Shown: positions 36,621 through 50,204, counted from the stretch's first letter. The stretch: 64,000 bases of DNA from Verrucomicrobiia bacterium (GCA_014239365.1 JAAZZB010000006.1:75189-139188); one strand, 5' to 3'. Notes: generated by a model from the letters alone, not told the origin. Numbers and translations: made by a program.

Positions 36621-38749
36621 TTTTTGAGAATGGGTTGCGGCCGCAGATGACGGTGGAGGTACAACCAGCGGAGGCTGCTTGAATGGCTGATGAGGCCGTG
36701 TTTGCTGCGGGGGTAAATCATCATATCGAATTGCTTGCCTGCGCGTTGGAGGGTGTCGGCGAGTTGCCACGTGTTGGCGGGGTGCACGTTGTCGTCGATG
36801 AGGCCGTGCAGGAGGAGGAGTTTGCCTTTCAGGTTTTTCGCGTGGGTGAGGCAGGAGCCAGCGCGATAGCCGTCCGGGTTTTCCTTGGGGGTGCGCATGT
36901 AGCGTTCGGTGTAAATGGTGTCGTAGTTTTTCCAATCGGTCACCGGCGCGCCCGCCACGCCGACGTGAAAAACATCCGGATAACGCAGCAACGCCAGCGC
37001 GCTCATATAGCCGCCGTAGGAATGGCCGGCGATGCCCACGCGCGTGGCGTCCACGTACGCGCGCTTGGCGAGGTGGCGCACGCCGGCGGCTTGATCGTCG
37101 AGATCCACCGTGCCGAGTTTGAGGTAGCCCGCCGTTTCAAACGCCTTGCCGCGCGCGGCAGTGCCGCGATTGGCAATGGTCGCCACGAGAAAACCAAACT
37201 CGCAATATGGATTCGCCGCCGAATAACGATTACTCACCCCGCGCGAACTCGGCCCGCCATACACGCTCACCAACAGCGGGTACTTGCGCTTCGGATCAAA
37301 ATTCGCGGGCTTGTACAGCGTGCCGTAAATAATCGTTTTGCCGTCCGTCGCTTTACAGGCAAACAACTCCGGCTTGGCGAGCCCCAACTCGGCCTCCATT
37401 TTTTTGTCGGCATCCGGTCGCTCTGTCAGCACGACAACTTCGTTTCCTTTCGCATCAAACAACGCCATCACCGGCGGCACGCCCACGGCTTCGCGTCGCG
37501 CCACGAACCATTTGTGATCGGGCGAAATGTTGAACGTACTATAATAAAGGGCATTGCGCGTGAGCCGCGTGTGGCCGGTGCCATCGGGCCGCACGCGATG
37601 CAAGTGATCGTTGAGAGGATTCCCGCCACTGCGCGCGGTGAAATAAATCCAGCCGGATGTTTCATCCACCTTCACCAACGCGGTGGCCGGCTTACCCTTC
37701 AGATTTGAAAGCGGCCCCAGCCGCGAACCGTTGAGATGGCGCAGCTCGTACTGCTTCCAGCCGGTGCGTTCGGTTTCCCAAATGAAACGTTTTTTATCAT
37801 CAAGGAAACGCATGAGCGACAGATTATTTTGCCAAGCCGGTTGTTGCTCGCGCACCACCACGCGCGTACGACCGGTGGCAGGATCGGCGGCCACAATCTC
37901 CAATGTGTCCTGTCGGCGATTGGTACGATTGAACAGCAACGCCGATCCATCGGGCGCGAAGCGCGCGTTGAAAATATATTGCGTGGGGTCGCCGCCCACA
38001 TTCACGCGCGTGGTGCGGCGCGTTTGGCGGTCGTAAATGAGAAGACCCGCGACCGGATTGGCATCGCCGGATTTCGGATAACGCACCGTTTGCACGTCGG
38101 TGTAGTTGGCGGTGTTGCCGGTGGTGAGGTGGTAATCGCGCAGATGCCGCTCGTCCATTTCATAAAACGCCAGCCGCCGACTATCCGGCGACCACCACAT
38201 CGCGGAGCTTTGCCGCAGTTCCTCGCCATAAACCCAACACCCCGTGCCGTATCGAAATTTTTCTGTGCCGCCCTTAGTGACGGAAATCACTTGCGTAGCG
38301 TTGGCGTCCACTGCGGGCGCGCCTTTTTTTGGCGGCGCCGTTTCGATCACCACATTAAAATCCCGATACCGCGCCATCCACTTGCCATCGGGCGAAAGCG
38401 CCTGCGTCGCCTGCCGCGCCCGCCCCACACGCGGCGACCGACGCGGCGGCGGTCCGGATGGCGGCTTGGGTTTCGATGGCTTGCCAAGATCTTTGATAGA
38501 AAAATCGCCGAGACTCAAACGGAACTGATTTGTCCCGCGCACAAAAGTCATCGACCGACCATCGTCCGCCCATTCAACACGGCTCACGCGGCCAGCGCCA
38601 CTCAACATCGCTGTAGCCTCGCGGACACGTTGAAAGCTCTCAAACCCAGGCAAATGCGCCAGCGGATGGGGCGGCGGTTTTTTCTCCGCCGATTCCGCCG
38701 CGCAGCAGCTGACTGCGAGGCACGAAAAAATTTTCAGCCAACGATTCAT
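36617..38749 (-). CDS. S9B dipeptidyl peptidase IV family
   Basis: WVYGEE, WWSPD, VYGGP, GHSYGG nucleophile, DDNVH, YPRSKH. Confidence 0.93.
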   Translation of the reverse strand: MNRWLKIFSCLAVSCCAAESAEKKPPPHPLAHLPGFESFQRVREATAMLSGAGRVSRVEWADDGRSMTFVRGTNQFRLSLGDFSIKDLGKPSKPKPPSGPPPRRSPRVGRARQATQALSPDGKWMARYRDFNVVIETAPPKKGAPAVDANATQVISVTKGGTEKFRYGTGCWVYGEELRQSSAMWWSPDSRRLAFYEMDERHLRDYHLTTGNTANYTDVQTVRYPKSGDANPVAGLLIYDRQTRRTTRVNVGGDPTQYIFNARFAPDGSALLFNRTNRRQDTLEIVAADPATGRTRVVVREQQPAWQNNLSLMRFLDDKKRFIWETERTGWKQYELRHLNGSRLGPLSNLKGKPATALVKVDETSGWIYFTARSGGNPLNDHLHRVRPDGTGHTRLTRNALYYSTFNISPDHKWFVARREAVGVPPVMALFDAKGNEVVVLTERPDADKKMEAELGLAKPELFACKATDGKTIIYGTLYKPANFDPKRKYPLLVSVYGGPSSRGVSNRYSAANPYCEFGFLVATIANRGTAARGKAFETAGYLKLGTVDLDDQAAGVRHLAKRAYVDATRVGIAGHSYGGYMSALALLRYPDVFHVGVAGAPVTDWKNYDTIYTERYMRTPKENPDGYRAGSCLTHAKNLKGKLLLLHGLIDDNVHPANTWQLADTLQRAGKQFDMMIYPRSKHGLISHSSSLRWLYLHRHLRPQPILKK

Positions 38750-38762
38750 CAACGGGGTGCAA

Positions 38763-40232
38763 CTAATCGATCGGCTTGAAGGGGAAATCCGCTGACGGAC
38801 TATGTTCCGATTGCATCAGCCTCCGAATTTGGTCCACTACCTTGGGGTGCTGCGCGGCGACATCTTTGGATTCGGCGATGTCGGTTTTCAAATTGAAGAG
38901 CTGAATCTTGAGCGGGGTCTTATTATTTTTACGGAGCATATTTTGGCGCACGCCTTTCCAATGGCCCATCCACACCGCTTGTTGGCCGCCGTAGCCGGTG
39001 AATTCGCGATACAAAAACGCGCGCGGGTCTTGTTTTTTGCCAAGCAACGTGGGCGCAATGCTGATGCCGTCGATATCGATGGATGCCGGAGCGGATGCCC
39101 CGATCAAATCCAGCACAGTGGGCAGCCAATCCTCCAGGCCGGTGCGATAATGAGACGTGCTGCCGGCTTTGATTTTGCCGGGCCATTTGACGATGAGCGG
39201 CACGCGGATGCCGCCTTCATACAGCGAACCTTTCAAGCCGCGCAAGGGCTTCACGCTTTCAAAAAAATCGTAATCCACTTCGAGTTTCAAATGTGTGGTG
39301 CCGTTGTCGGAGGTGAAGACGACGATGGTATTTTTTTCGAGGCCGAGTTCTTTAACGAGGTTGAGTACGTTGCCAATGTAGCGATCCATGCGGGTGATCA
39401 TCGCGGCATACGCGGCGCGCGGCGTGAAGTGAGGCGTGTAGCCGTAGCCTTTGGCGCGGGTGAACGGCGGGTCATTCCATTTCTGCGCGAGGTAGGGCTT
39501 AAGTTCCTCATCGGGCACATGCAGCGCCACGTGCGGGATGACGGTGGGGTAATAGAGAAAAAACGGCCGGTCCTTGTTTTTTTTCACAAACGCCAAGGCA
39601 CGATCGTTGATGCGATCGGGCGCGTAGTCTTGTCCTTTAAAAATATCGTAGCTGCGCGGATCGCCGGCATCCGCACCTTGCGGCAACGAAGCATGACCGG
39701 GCACGGGTGGCTTATTGTTGAGCGCGTACTTTTCTTTGTTGCTCCAAAGATAGGGCGGATAATAGCTGTGCGCGACACGCTGGCAGTTGTAGCCAAAAAA
39801 ACGGTTAAAACCCTGATGCATAGGATCGCCCGTGGAGCCCGGCCCGCCCAGGCCCCATTTGCCAAACGCGCCGGTGGTGTAGCCCTGCTTTTGCAACAGC
39901 TCGGCCATCGTCACCTCGGCCAACGGGATCGGGTGTTGGCCTTCGGGCTTAAGTTCCTTGTTGTTGCGCACAAACGAATGCCCCGGATGCTTGCCGGTCA
40001 TCAACACACAGCGTGACGGCGCGCACACGGCGTTGCCGGAATAGTTCGCTGTGAAGCGCATCCCCTCACGCGCAAGTCGATCAAGATGCGGCGTCTTAAT
40101 TTTCTTTTGCCCGTACGACCCCAGCTCGGAATAGCCAAGGTCATCGGCCATGATAAAAATAATATTCGGTTTCTGCTCGGCGAAAAGTGCCGGAGCAATG
40201 GAAATGCAAATGAGGGTGAGAATTCGTTTCAT
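38763..40232 (-). CDS. Arylsulfatase
   Basis: KPNIIFIMADDLG, CAPSR, GKWGLG, TSDNG, LYEGGIRVP. Confidence 0.95.
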   Translation of the reverse strand: MKRILTLICISIAPALFAEQKPNIIFIMADDLGYSELGSYGQKKIKTPHLDRLAREGMRFTANYSGNAVCAPSRCVLMTGKHPGHSFVRNNKELKPEGQHPIPLAEVTMAELLQKQGYTTGAFGKWGLGGPGSTGDPMHQGFNRFFGYNCQRVAHSYYPPYLWSNKEKYALNNKPPVPGHASLPQGADAGDPRSYDIFKGQDYAPDRINDRALAFVKKNKDRPFFLYYPTVIPHVALHVPDEELKPYLAQKWNDPPFTRAKGYGYTPHFTPRAAYAAMITRMDRYIGNVLNLVKELGLEKNTIVVFTSDNGTTHLKLEVDYDFFESVKPLRGLKGSLYEGGIRVPLIVKWPGKIKAGSTSHYRTGLEDWLPTVLDLIGASAPASIDIDGISIAPTLLGKKQDPRAFLYREFTGYGGQQAVWMGHWKGVRQNMLRKNNKTPLKIQLFNLKTDIAESKDVAAQHPKVVDQIRRLMQSEHSPSADFPFKPID

Positions 40233-40278
40233 CGTGTGGCAAAAGCATACCGACATTCTCGGCCGAACGCAACACTCA

Positions 40279-40395
40279 GGAGGGGCAAGTTCCAGCTTGC
40301 CCGCTTTGAATTTACCACAGAGATCACAGAAAATTTCAGCCTCTGTGCCTCTGTGTTAAAAAAAGAAATGGGACGAGGTGGAACTCGCCCCTCCC
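40279..40395. repeat. Composite REP-like element, degenerate third copy of the 18.2/18.5-kb family
   Basis: GGAGGGGCAAGTTCCAGCTTGCCC, ACCACAGAG...CTCTGTG, then inverted GGGACGAGGTGGAACTCGCCCCTCCC. Confidence 0.75.
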
Positions 40396-40405
40396 TTGGG
40401 CGAAT

Positions 40406-43768
<3,363 letters not shown>

Positions 43769-43811
43769 AATTCGTGTGCAAAAAAGACGCTATCGATGAA
43801 GCGGCATTCAA

Positions 43812-44201
43812 TCAATCCCACAAAATCGGCGTGTCATAAGGGCGCAACAATGGATCGGGCGAAACCAGAGTCAACCCCGATTCCATCGCGTGCGCCACGA
43901 GTAGGCGGTCGAAGGGATCGCGATGATGCATCGGCAAATTCTCAACCCGAAAAATGACCTCCGCGTTCAAGGGAAGTTCCACAATTTGATAACGCGCGAC
44001 CAAGCCGGGAACAATCTCAGAGGGCGGCTGCTTCCAGTGCAACTTCCCAATCGAGTGCTTAATCGCCAACTCGATGTACGAAACGTGGCTGATAAAAAGC
44101 TCGTTGTCCGGGCTCACCAACTCATCCACTAGGCTTGGCGGCAATTCCTCGTGCTCATCAAACAGCCAAATCGCCGTGCACGTATCCAGCAGCAACCTCA
44201 T
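43812..44201 (-). CDS. vapC: VapC PIN-domain toxin
   Basis: MRLLLDT, SYIELAIK..IGKL, LPMHHRDPFDRLLVA. Confidence 0.93.
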   Translation of the reverse strand: MRLLLDTCTAIWLFDEHEELPPSLVDELVSPDNELFISHVSYIELAIKHSIGKLHWKQPPSEIVPGLVARYQIVELPLNAEVIFRVENLPMHHRDPFDRLLVAHAMESGLTLVSPDPLLRPYDTPILWD

Positions 44202-44458
44202 CGGGCGGGCAGTTCGCTCGAGTTGTTTCCATAAAAGTCCGCTTCCAACTGCGGATCCGGCTCATTAAAATCCTTCGGCAACGGCATCATCCCCCGCGCC
44301 AATCCCAATGGCCGCTTGCCTTCGGGCGTCGGCTTCAGTGGCGTGATCTGTGCAAACGGCTTGTTGTTTTTGCACAGCACAATGCGCTCCCCATTCTGCA
44401 CTTGCCGCGAAATCTCTGAAAACTTCGCCTTCGCCTCCGCTATGTTGACCATCTTCAT
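44198..44458 (-). CDS. Phd/YefM-family antitoxin
   Basis: VNIAEAKAKFSEI...GERIVLCKNNKPFAQI...RPLG...DFNEP; 4-nt overlap with vapC. Confidence 0.92.
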   Translation of the reverse strand: MKMVNIAEAKAKFSEISRQVQNGERIVLCKNNKPFAQITPLKPTPEGKRPLGLARGMMPLPKDFNEPDPQLEADFYGNNSSELPAR

Positions 44459-44464
44459 AGTCAC

Positions 44465-44493
44465 AATGTTGGTCATCTTTGGCGATTTGTCAA
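44465..44493 (-). promoter_or_regulatory. Sigma70 promoter of the phd-vapC operon
   Basis: Minus strand TTGACA-N17-AACATT-N6-ATG. Confidence 0.6.
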
Positions 44494-45894
44494 CTATTTT
44501 GCCACTTTTTCCAGCATTTTTAGCAGCGCCTTTTTGATTTTTTCGGAGGCTAGAATCTCCAATGTGCAGGTGCCCATCCACGTTTCGTAGCCGCCGAGGG
44601 CGTGTTGGCGGGGGGTGGGGAGGTAGCCGTAATGGCCGTTGGCCAGCTCGATGGTGAAGGTGCTTTGAGGGAGCGGGCTTTGGGCCTTGAGGGTGAGGCC
44701 GATTTCGCAGAGCACTTCGCACGGGATACTGATGATGCCCACCTCGCCGAGGCGCAGTGCTTGCAAAACGATTTCCTCCTCGCGCGGGCCATTGGCGAGG
44801 GCAAGCGTTCGGCGCGCGTAGGATTCTGCCAAACGCGGCAAGGGGTTGGGCGGGTTATCGGATAACACAGCTTTGGCAAAGGCGATTTGTTTGGCAGTGG
44901 GGATGCGGGTTTTTAGGGTGAGCAAAGTTTGCTCCATGGCGAGCGAAATGTTTTTGCGGAATTTTGCTTTTGCGTGCGCGGCAAGTACGCGATCAGCCAC
45001 GAGTTTGGCGACTTCGTTCATTCGCTGAAGGGGCGGCTGCCTCGGGCGCGGTACGCGGAAGCTGATGTTGTTGATGTCGCCGCTGGTGCCGTTGGACATC
45101 ATCGCGACAAAGCCTGCGTCTTTACCAATCGCCTTTTCGATGAGGCCGGAGAACACTCCAAAATAATCCGCCGACACGCCGCCTCCCGGAACGCCGCCCA
45201 CATAATGCAGCGAGTAGTTTGCGAGCAACGCAATCGGCCGTCCATCAGTGCCGCGCAGGGAAATAAAATGCACCTCGGGATCCGTGGGGCCCGCCGGTCG
45301 CTCGATGAGGTTGCGCGGCGGGTTCATGCGCGCGATGTCCGTTTTTTTACCAAAAGGATTTACCGCAATGCCGCCGGGCTTCATATGCCAGCGACGATTG
45401 AAAATTTCTTCCGGCACCAACGCCACGCCGTGGGCCAATTCGGCGGGTGCGAGGTTTTTCTCCGCCTGCACAATTGCGGCGGCGATGCCTTCGACGAGTT
45501 GATTAAAATACGCTCGATGCACTGCGTCGGTGCGATTGGTGAGGCGGTCTTTCCCCGGCGGGGCGGTGTGTGTGTGCGTGGCGGCGACGAGGATGCGATC
45601 GCCGCGAACCTTTGTGCGCTTCGCCGCAAGCGCCTTGGCGGCGTCGAGGTAATTACGGCCAATGAGGCAGTTGTCGACGATCACAATCGCTAACCGTGTT
45701 TTGCCATCATCACAAACAATCGCCCGCGCGTGCAACGGATCATGCGCCTTCGTGGCGAGGCGTTCGTGGAAGGAACCAATCATTTGCAACGGCCATTGCT
45801 TCGGCGTGATATCCACCTTCGCCGCGCCGGCGCGAAACTCCGCCCACGCGTGGGTGGTGGTGAGAAAAAGGGTGAGGAGAATTTTGATTTTCAT
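44494..45894 (-). CDS. Neutral/alkaline ceramidase-like secreted hydrolase
   Basis: GAAKVDITP, HDPLHARA, ATHTHTAP, NYSLHY, NGTSGD, GYLPT...GGYE. Confidence 0.85.
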   Translation of the reverse strand: MKIKILLTLFLTTTHAWAEFRAGAAKVDITPKQWPLQMIGSFHERLATKAHDPLHARAIVCDDGKTRLAIVIVDNCLIGRNYLDAAKALAAKRTKVRGDRILVAATHTHTAPPGKDRLTNRTDAVHRAYFNQLVEGIAAAIVQAEKNLAPAELAHGVALVPEEIFNRRWHMKPGGIAVNPFGKKTDIARMNPPRNLIERPAGPTDPEVHFISLRGTDGRPIALLANYSLHYVGGVPGGGVSADYFGVFSGLIEKAIGKDAGFVAMMSNGTSGDINNISFRVPRPRQPPLQRMNEVAKLVADRVLAAHAKAKFRKNISLAMEQTLLTLKTRIPTAKQIAFAKAVLSDNPPNPLPRLAESYARRTLALANGPREEEIVLQALRLGEVGIISIPCEVLCEIGLTLKAQSPLPQSTFTIELANGHYGYLPTPRQHALGGYETWMGTCTLEILASEKIKKALLKMLEKVAK

Positions 45895-45961
45895 GGCGTT
45901 GGATTTCATTCGTTGAACGTGTGGTGGATTAATTCTCGTCAATTCGCGTCATTTTTTCAAC

Positions 45962-46591
45962 TCAATTACCCGCAAGTGATTCGATCATTATTTGGATACT
46001 GGCACGGGCGGCTTTGGGGTATTTCGCGGGCAGTTTGAGGGGCAACAGTGAGGAGTAGTTGAAGCTGATGGAAATGATGCCGTACGCAACGGTCCAGCAT
46101 CGCGCAGGGGTGGCGTTTGGAAATTCAATGCGCAGTTGTTGCTGCGTCAGGTTTACCAAATCGTTGACGTAAGTGGCCATCAATTTGCGGATGGGTGGGG
46201 ATTTTTCAGCTGCGGCAATGAGGGATTCCGCCACTAACAGGCTCTGCGCGGTATCGGTTGATTCCAAAGGGAGCAGGATGTCGAGCAGTTGTCGGATGCG
46301 TTCTTTATTCGGAATGGCGGCGAATGATTCCTGGGCTTCCCGCTGGTATTTGCCAACTACACGGCGAGCGAGCGCCATCACAAGATCTTCGCGGTTGCCG
46401 ACGAAATGGCGTAGGATGCTCCGCTGCATACCCGCGGCATTGGCGACTTGCTCCATCGAACAGCCTTCCAATCCGTGACGGGCCACGCAAATTTCAAAAG
46501 CATCAAGGATTTCAGCCACCCGGGTTTCCGCAAGGCTGGGCCGACCTCGATGGGTCGGGGGATTGGATTTTTTAATTTTCACTGTTGACAA
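45962..46591 (-). CDS. TetR/AcrR family regulator
   Basis: GRPS....R..EILDAF..CVARHGLEGCSMEQVANAAGM.RSILRHFVGNREDL; exact start uncertain. Confidence 0.9.
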   Translation of the reverse strand: MSTVKIKKSNPPTHRGRPSLAETRVAEILDAFEICVARHGLEGCSMEQVANAAGMQRSILRHFVGNREDLVMALARRVVGKYQREAQESFAAIPNKERIRQLLDILLPLESTDTAQSLLVAESLIAAAEKSPPIRKLMATYVNDLVNLTQQQLRIEFPNATPARCWTVAYGIISISFNYSSLLPLKLPAKYPKAARASIQIMIESLAGN

Positions 46592-46628
46592 TATAACAGA
46601 CCGCGATTAGATTGTCCAAGACGACAAT
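46585..46628 (+). promoter_or_regulatory. Sigma70 promoter with candidate TetR operator
   Basis: TTGACA-N17-TAGATT; ATTGTC-N6-GACAAT palindrome at 46611-46628; extra GACAAT half-site at 46587. Confidence 0.65.
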
Positions 46629-46637
46629 TTATTCATC

Positions 46638-48071
46638 ATGAAAACCATTCCAAATAGGGGTCATTTGCTAGGATTTGTATGCGCCGTGCTGGTGTTGGGT
46701 TGTGGGCCGCGAGATGAGGAGGATGCTGCAGGAGGCGGTGAAGAGGTGTCCTACGTGAACGACATCCAGCCCATTATAGAAAATTTCTGCACCACCTGCC
46801 ATGCGGGCGAGGATCCGGAGGGGGATTTTGTGCTAACGAGTTATGCGGACGTCCGCAAATATGCGGAGGAGGGCAAGCTCTTGCAGCGTATCAACGATGC
46901 TAAGAAGCCCATGCCCGAGAGCGGCCTGATGCCGCGCCATTTGCGGCGGCTATTCAAACGTTGGGCGGATACCGGCTATCTCAACGAAGGCACCATCGCA
47001 CGAAAAGCAATCCCAATAAAACCCATGAAATATCCAAAAGCTAGAATACATCCGATCGACATCAATGAGCGCGGCTTCGACCTGTTGAGCCGCCTGCAGG
47101 GGCACTGGGCCGGCTCGATGAACCTGATGGGCCTGCAGCATGATTGGATGGCGTTCGATTACCGCGCGATTGCGCCATCGCATATGCACGGCATCTTTGA
47201 AGGCGGCACGATGGGCAATCTTTTTACGTCGTTCTTTGTGGCCAACTACAAGGGGCGTCGGACGATTATGGCGCGCAACGGCGGCATCCTGAATAACATT
47301 TATCGCACCAGTTATTTCGTGCTCGATCAGGCGCGCGAACAAAACGGGGGTGCTTACTATCGCCTGGTGGATGTCCATGGCGGCAAGGCCATCATGTGGA
47401 TGGAGTTGACCTTTCGAGGCGATCGAATGGAATTTAATGCCTTCACCAGTCGGTTTGGTTCGCAGAAGCAAAAACGCCATATGGCGTTCAAGGCGAAACA
47501 GACCAACCCTGAGTTGTCGGCAACCGCAGCACGAGCGTTAGGCTTCCCCCGCAACGAAGTAGCCTTTGATTTTTCAAAAGGTCTGCCCGAACCGGATTGG
47601 GGCAAGGACGGACCGGCGTCTTCCGCCAGCTACATGGCCACGGACAAAACCAAAACCCTGCTTGAGCTGGCACACATGGCCGGCGATCCCATTCGGATTG
47701 ATCAAATGCCACACCTGTCACAACTCAGTGTTTCCATTAAACGCAATGCACGCACGGCGGGCAAGAAGCTGCTGATTTATCTAACCCTCAAGCCGCTGAC
47801 GCTTGCCAACAAGAAGTTAGCCATTCAGGACGGCTTCGTGCGGTTGGACTTGATGAATGGACTGCTTTCATTCCCGGAAATTGCAGGCAAACAGGATTCC
47901 TTCACCTTCACATATCTACATCCGGGAGAATATTTCCTGACGGTGATCGCTGATATGAACGGCGACAGCCTGCCTTCAACGGGCGATTTCAACAGTCCAT
48001 CGTTGAAAATATTGGTCCCTCCCCTTGGCCATCCCAAAGTGACCGTGGATAATCTTACGATGCAAAACTAA
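46638..48071 (+). CDS. Lipoprotein with N-terminal cytochrome c domain and uncharacterised C-terminal domains
   Basis: VLGC lipobox; VSYVNDIQPII..FCTTCH...PMP; DMNGD near the C-terminus. Confidence 0.82.
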   Translation: MKTIPNRGHLLGFVCAVLVLGCGPRDEEDAAGGGEEVSYVNDIQPIIENFCTTCHAGEDPEGDFVLTSYADVRKYAEEGKLLQRINDAKKPMPESGLMPRHLRRLFKRWADTGYLNEGTIARKAIPIKPMKYPKARIHPIDINERGFDLLSRLQGHWAGSMNLMGLQHDWMAFDYRAIAPSHMHGIFEGGTMGNLFTSFFVANYKGRRTIMARNGGILNNIYRTSYFVLDQAREQNGGAYYRLVDVHGGKAIMWMELTFRGDRMEFNAFTSRFGSQKQKRHMAFKAKQTNPELSATAARALGFPRNEVAFDFSKGLPEPDWGKDGPASSASYMATDKTKTLLELAHMAGDPIRIDQMPHLSQLSVSIKRNARTAGKKLLIYLTLKPLTLANKKLAIQDGFVRLDLMNGLLSFPEIAGKQDSFTFTYLHPGEYFLTVIADMNGDSLPSTGDFNSPSLKILVPPLGHPKVTVDNLTMQN

Positions 48072-48078
48072 CCTTGGT

Positions 48079-48133
48079 GGTTGGGCGCGCTGTCCCCGCG
48101 CGCCGCGGCGGTGTGGCGACACCTCGCCCTACC
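48079..48133. repeat. GTAG-type REP doublet (degenerate)
   Basis: GGTTGGGCGCGCTGTCCCCGCGCGCC...CGCCCTACC, similar to 23416-23470; supplies the sulfatase TAG stop. Confidence 0.75.
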
Positions 48134-49583
48134 TGCCTTCGCGTTTGTTCGGGTCAAACTTTTTGTTTGAGGTCGGCATTCTCGCGCCGGTATCCTTGCG
48201 CCATTGGGCGAGTTTGGCGGCGAGGGCTTTGACTTTGTCAGGATGCTTCTTGGCGAGATCGGTTTTCTCGCCGATGTCCTCGGCCAAATTGAACAGCTCC
48301 AGCCGGCCGTCCTCGTACCATTCGATGAGCTTCCAGTCGCCCTCGCGCACGGCGGCCGTGGGGGCGTTGCCCTGATTGCCGTAGTGCGGGTAATGCCAGT
48401 AGAGCGCGCCGCGGTCTTGGGGTTTGCCGCGCAGGGCGGTGGTGAAACTCACGCCGTCAATGGGCAGGGGCAGCTGCGGCTTGAGACCGGCCATTTCCAT
48501 GATGGTCGGGAAAAAGTCCGTGCTGGTGACGGGCGTGTCGTTCACGCTTCCGGGTTTGGTGACGCCGGGCCAGCGAACCATCATCGGTTCGCGGATGCCG
48601 CCTTCGTACATCCAGCCCTTGCCGCCGCGCAGCGGCAGATTGCTGGTGGGATGCCCTTCGCTGGTGGAGAGGCCGCCGTTGTCGCTCATGAAAAACACGA
48701 CGGTGTTCTCTTCCAACCCGTGTTCCTTGAGGCCCTCGAGCACCTTGCCGACGGCGAGATCCATCGCCTCCACCATGCCGCCGTACACGGCGTGCTCCTG
48801 CACGAGGCGCACCTTTCGGTTGTGTTCCTTGCCCCACTTGGCCTCGAGGCCGCGCTCTTGTTTGCGGGCGAGATATTTGTCACGCAAATCCGTGCGCGAG
48901 ATCAACGGCGTGTGCACAGAGTAAAACGAAAGGTAGGCGAGGAAGGGCTTGTTCTTGTTGGCGGCCATGAACTTCACCGTCTCGCTGGCGAGTCGATCGG
49001 GCAGGTGCTCCCCGTCGGGGCCGTCCTTTAGGCGCGGGTTGCCGTAGGGTGAAAAATATTTTTTACCGCCGTACGGGCCGCCGCGATGATGGCCGCCCAT
49101 GTTCACGTCAAAGCCCTGATCTTCCGGCCAGAAACCTTCGTTGCCCAAATGCCATTTACCGGCAAAAAATGTGGCGTAGCCGTTTGCCTTCAGCGCCTCG
49201 GCGAGGGTGAATTCCTTGAGTTCCAGCTGGCGTGTGTAGGTCGCGGGCAGGAGCCGCGTATTGCGCCGCCACGCCTTGCCGGCGGACGCACCGATATAAT
49301 CGGTGACGCCCGTGCGGGTGGGATAGCGGCCGGTCATAATGCTCGCGCGCGTGGGGCTGCATACCGTGCAGGCGGCGTAGGCGCTGGTGAATTTCATGCC
49401 CGAAGCCGCGAGCCGATCGCAGTTGGGCGTGGCGTAAAACGAACTGCCGAAGGATTTCAGATCCGTCCAGCCGAGGTCATCGACCAGGAAAAAGACGAAG
49501 TTGAGCGGCTTGGTTTTTTGTTCAGCCTGCGCCACAGCCGGGCACAGGAACGTCAATAAAATTAGAACGCGAAACGCTTTCAT
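48129..49583 (-). CDS. Sulfatase
   Basis: NFVFFLVDDLG, CSPTR, GKWHLG, MSDNGG, YEGGIR. Confidence 0.95.
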   Translation of the reverse strand: MKAFRVLILLTFLCPAVAQAEQKTKPLNFVFFLVDDLGWTDLKSFGSSFYATPNCDRLAASGMKFTSAYAACTVCSPTRASIMTGRYPTRTGVTDYIGASAGKAWRRNTRLLPATYTRQLELKEFTLAEALKANGYATFFAGKWHLGNEGFWPEDQGFDVNMGGHHRGGPYGGKKYFSPYGNPRLKDGPDGEHLPDRLASETVKFMAANKNKPFLAYLSFYSVHTPLISRTDLRDKYLARKQERGLEAKWGKEHNRKVRLVQEHAVYGGMVEAMDLAVGKVLEGLKEHGLEENTVVFFMSDNGGLSTSEGHPTSNLPLRGGKGWMYEGGIREPMMVRWPGVTKPGSVNDTPVTSTDFFPTIMEMAGLKPQLPLPIDGVSFTTALRGKPQDRGALYWHYPHYGNQGNAPTAAVREGDWKLIEWYEDGRLELFNLAEDIGEKTDLAKKHPDKVKALAAKLAQWRKDTGARMPTSNKKFDPNKREGR

Positions 49584-49649
49584 GGATGGGCCAAGTGTGC
49601 CCGCAGCCCCGTTCCAGCGCAAGCTTGGCTTGGCGATGGCAGCGGCCGT

Positions 49650-50093
49650 TTATTCACTTACAATTTCAAAAATCGCCTCCACCTCCACCGCCGCGCCGGT
49701 GGGGAGGGCGGCGAAGCCGAGGGCGCTGCGGGCGTGGAAACCGTCGCCGTCTTTGCCGTACAGTTCATGCAAGAGATCGCTGGCGCCGTTGATGACAAGG
49801 TGCTGATCAGTAAAGTCCGGCGCGGAGTAAACGCAGCCAAGTAACTTGATGACTTTCAGCCCATTGAGGGTTCCGTGTGCGTTGTGGACGGAGTTCAGGA
49901 TTTTTTGCGCGCAATCCTTCGCGGCGGCGTAGCCTTCCTCGACGGTGACATCTTTGCCAAGCACACCTTTCGCGTCGCTGGTGTGACCGCTGGTGAGGAG
50001 CTGATTGCTACTGCGAATGCAGAGGTTGAGATAGCCGGGTTCTTGTTGGGTAAATTGAATGCCAAGGTCGGCTGCTTTGTCTTGAGGGTTTAT
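49650..50093 (-). CDS. RidA/YjgF family protein (ATA at the expected start)
   Basis: Frame stays open from ATA-AAC-CCT (xNPQDKAADLGI...LLTSGH) through FTDQHLVINGASDLL...HARSALG..ALP.GAAVEVE. Confidence 0.8.
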   Translation of the reverse strand: MNPQDKAADLGIQFTQQEPGYLNLCIRSSNQLLTSGHTSDAKGVLGKDVTVEEGYAAAKDCAQKILNSVHNAHGTLNGLKVIKLLGCVYSAPDFTDQHLVINGASDLLHELYGKDGDGFHARSALGFAALPTGAAVEVEAIFEIVSE

Positions 50094-50204
50094 GCGGGGA
50101 TTATAAAGGCTGGGTCTCAGTGGGCCAGCGAAAACTGCGATTCAAAAGGATGACTGCGCCAAGCCCGGCAGCGGCAGCGGCATCACCCGGCGCAAAAGAA
50201 GGTG

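Noticed and set aside
44459-44722. Long N-terminal extension of the Phd antitoxin
   Set aside because: It overlaps the upstream gene in another frame; the promoter and family start point to 44458.
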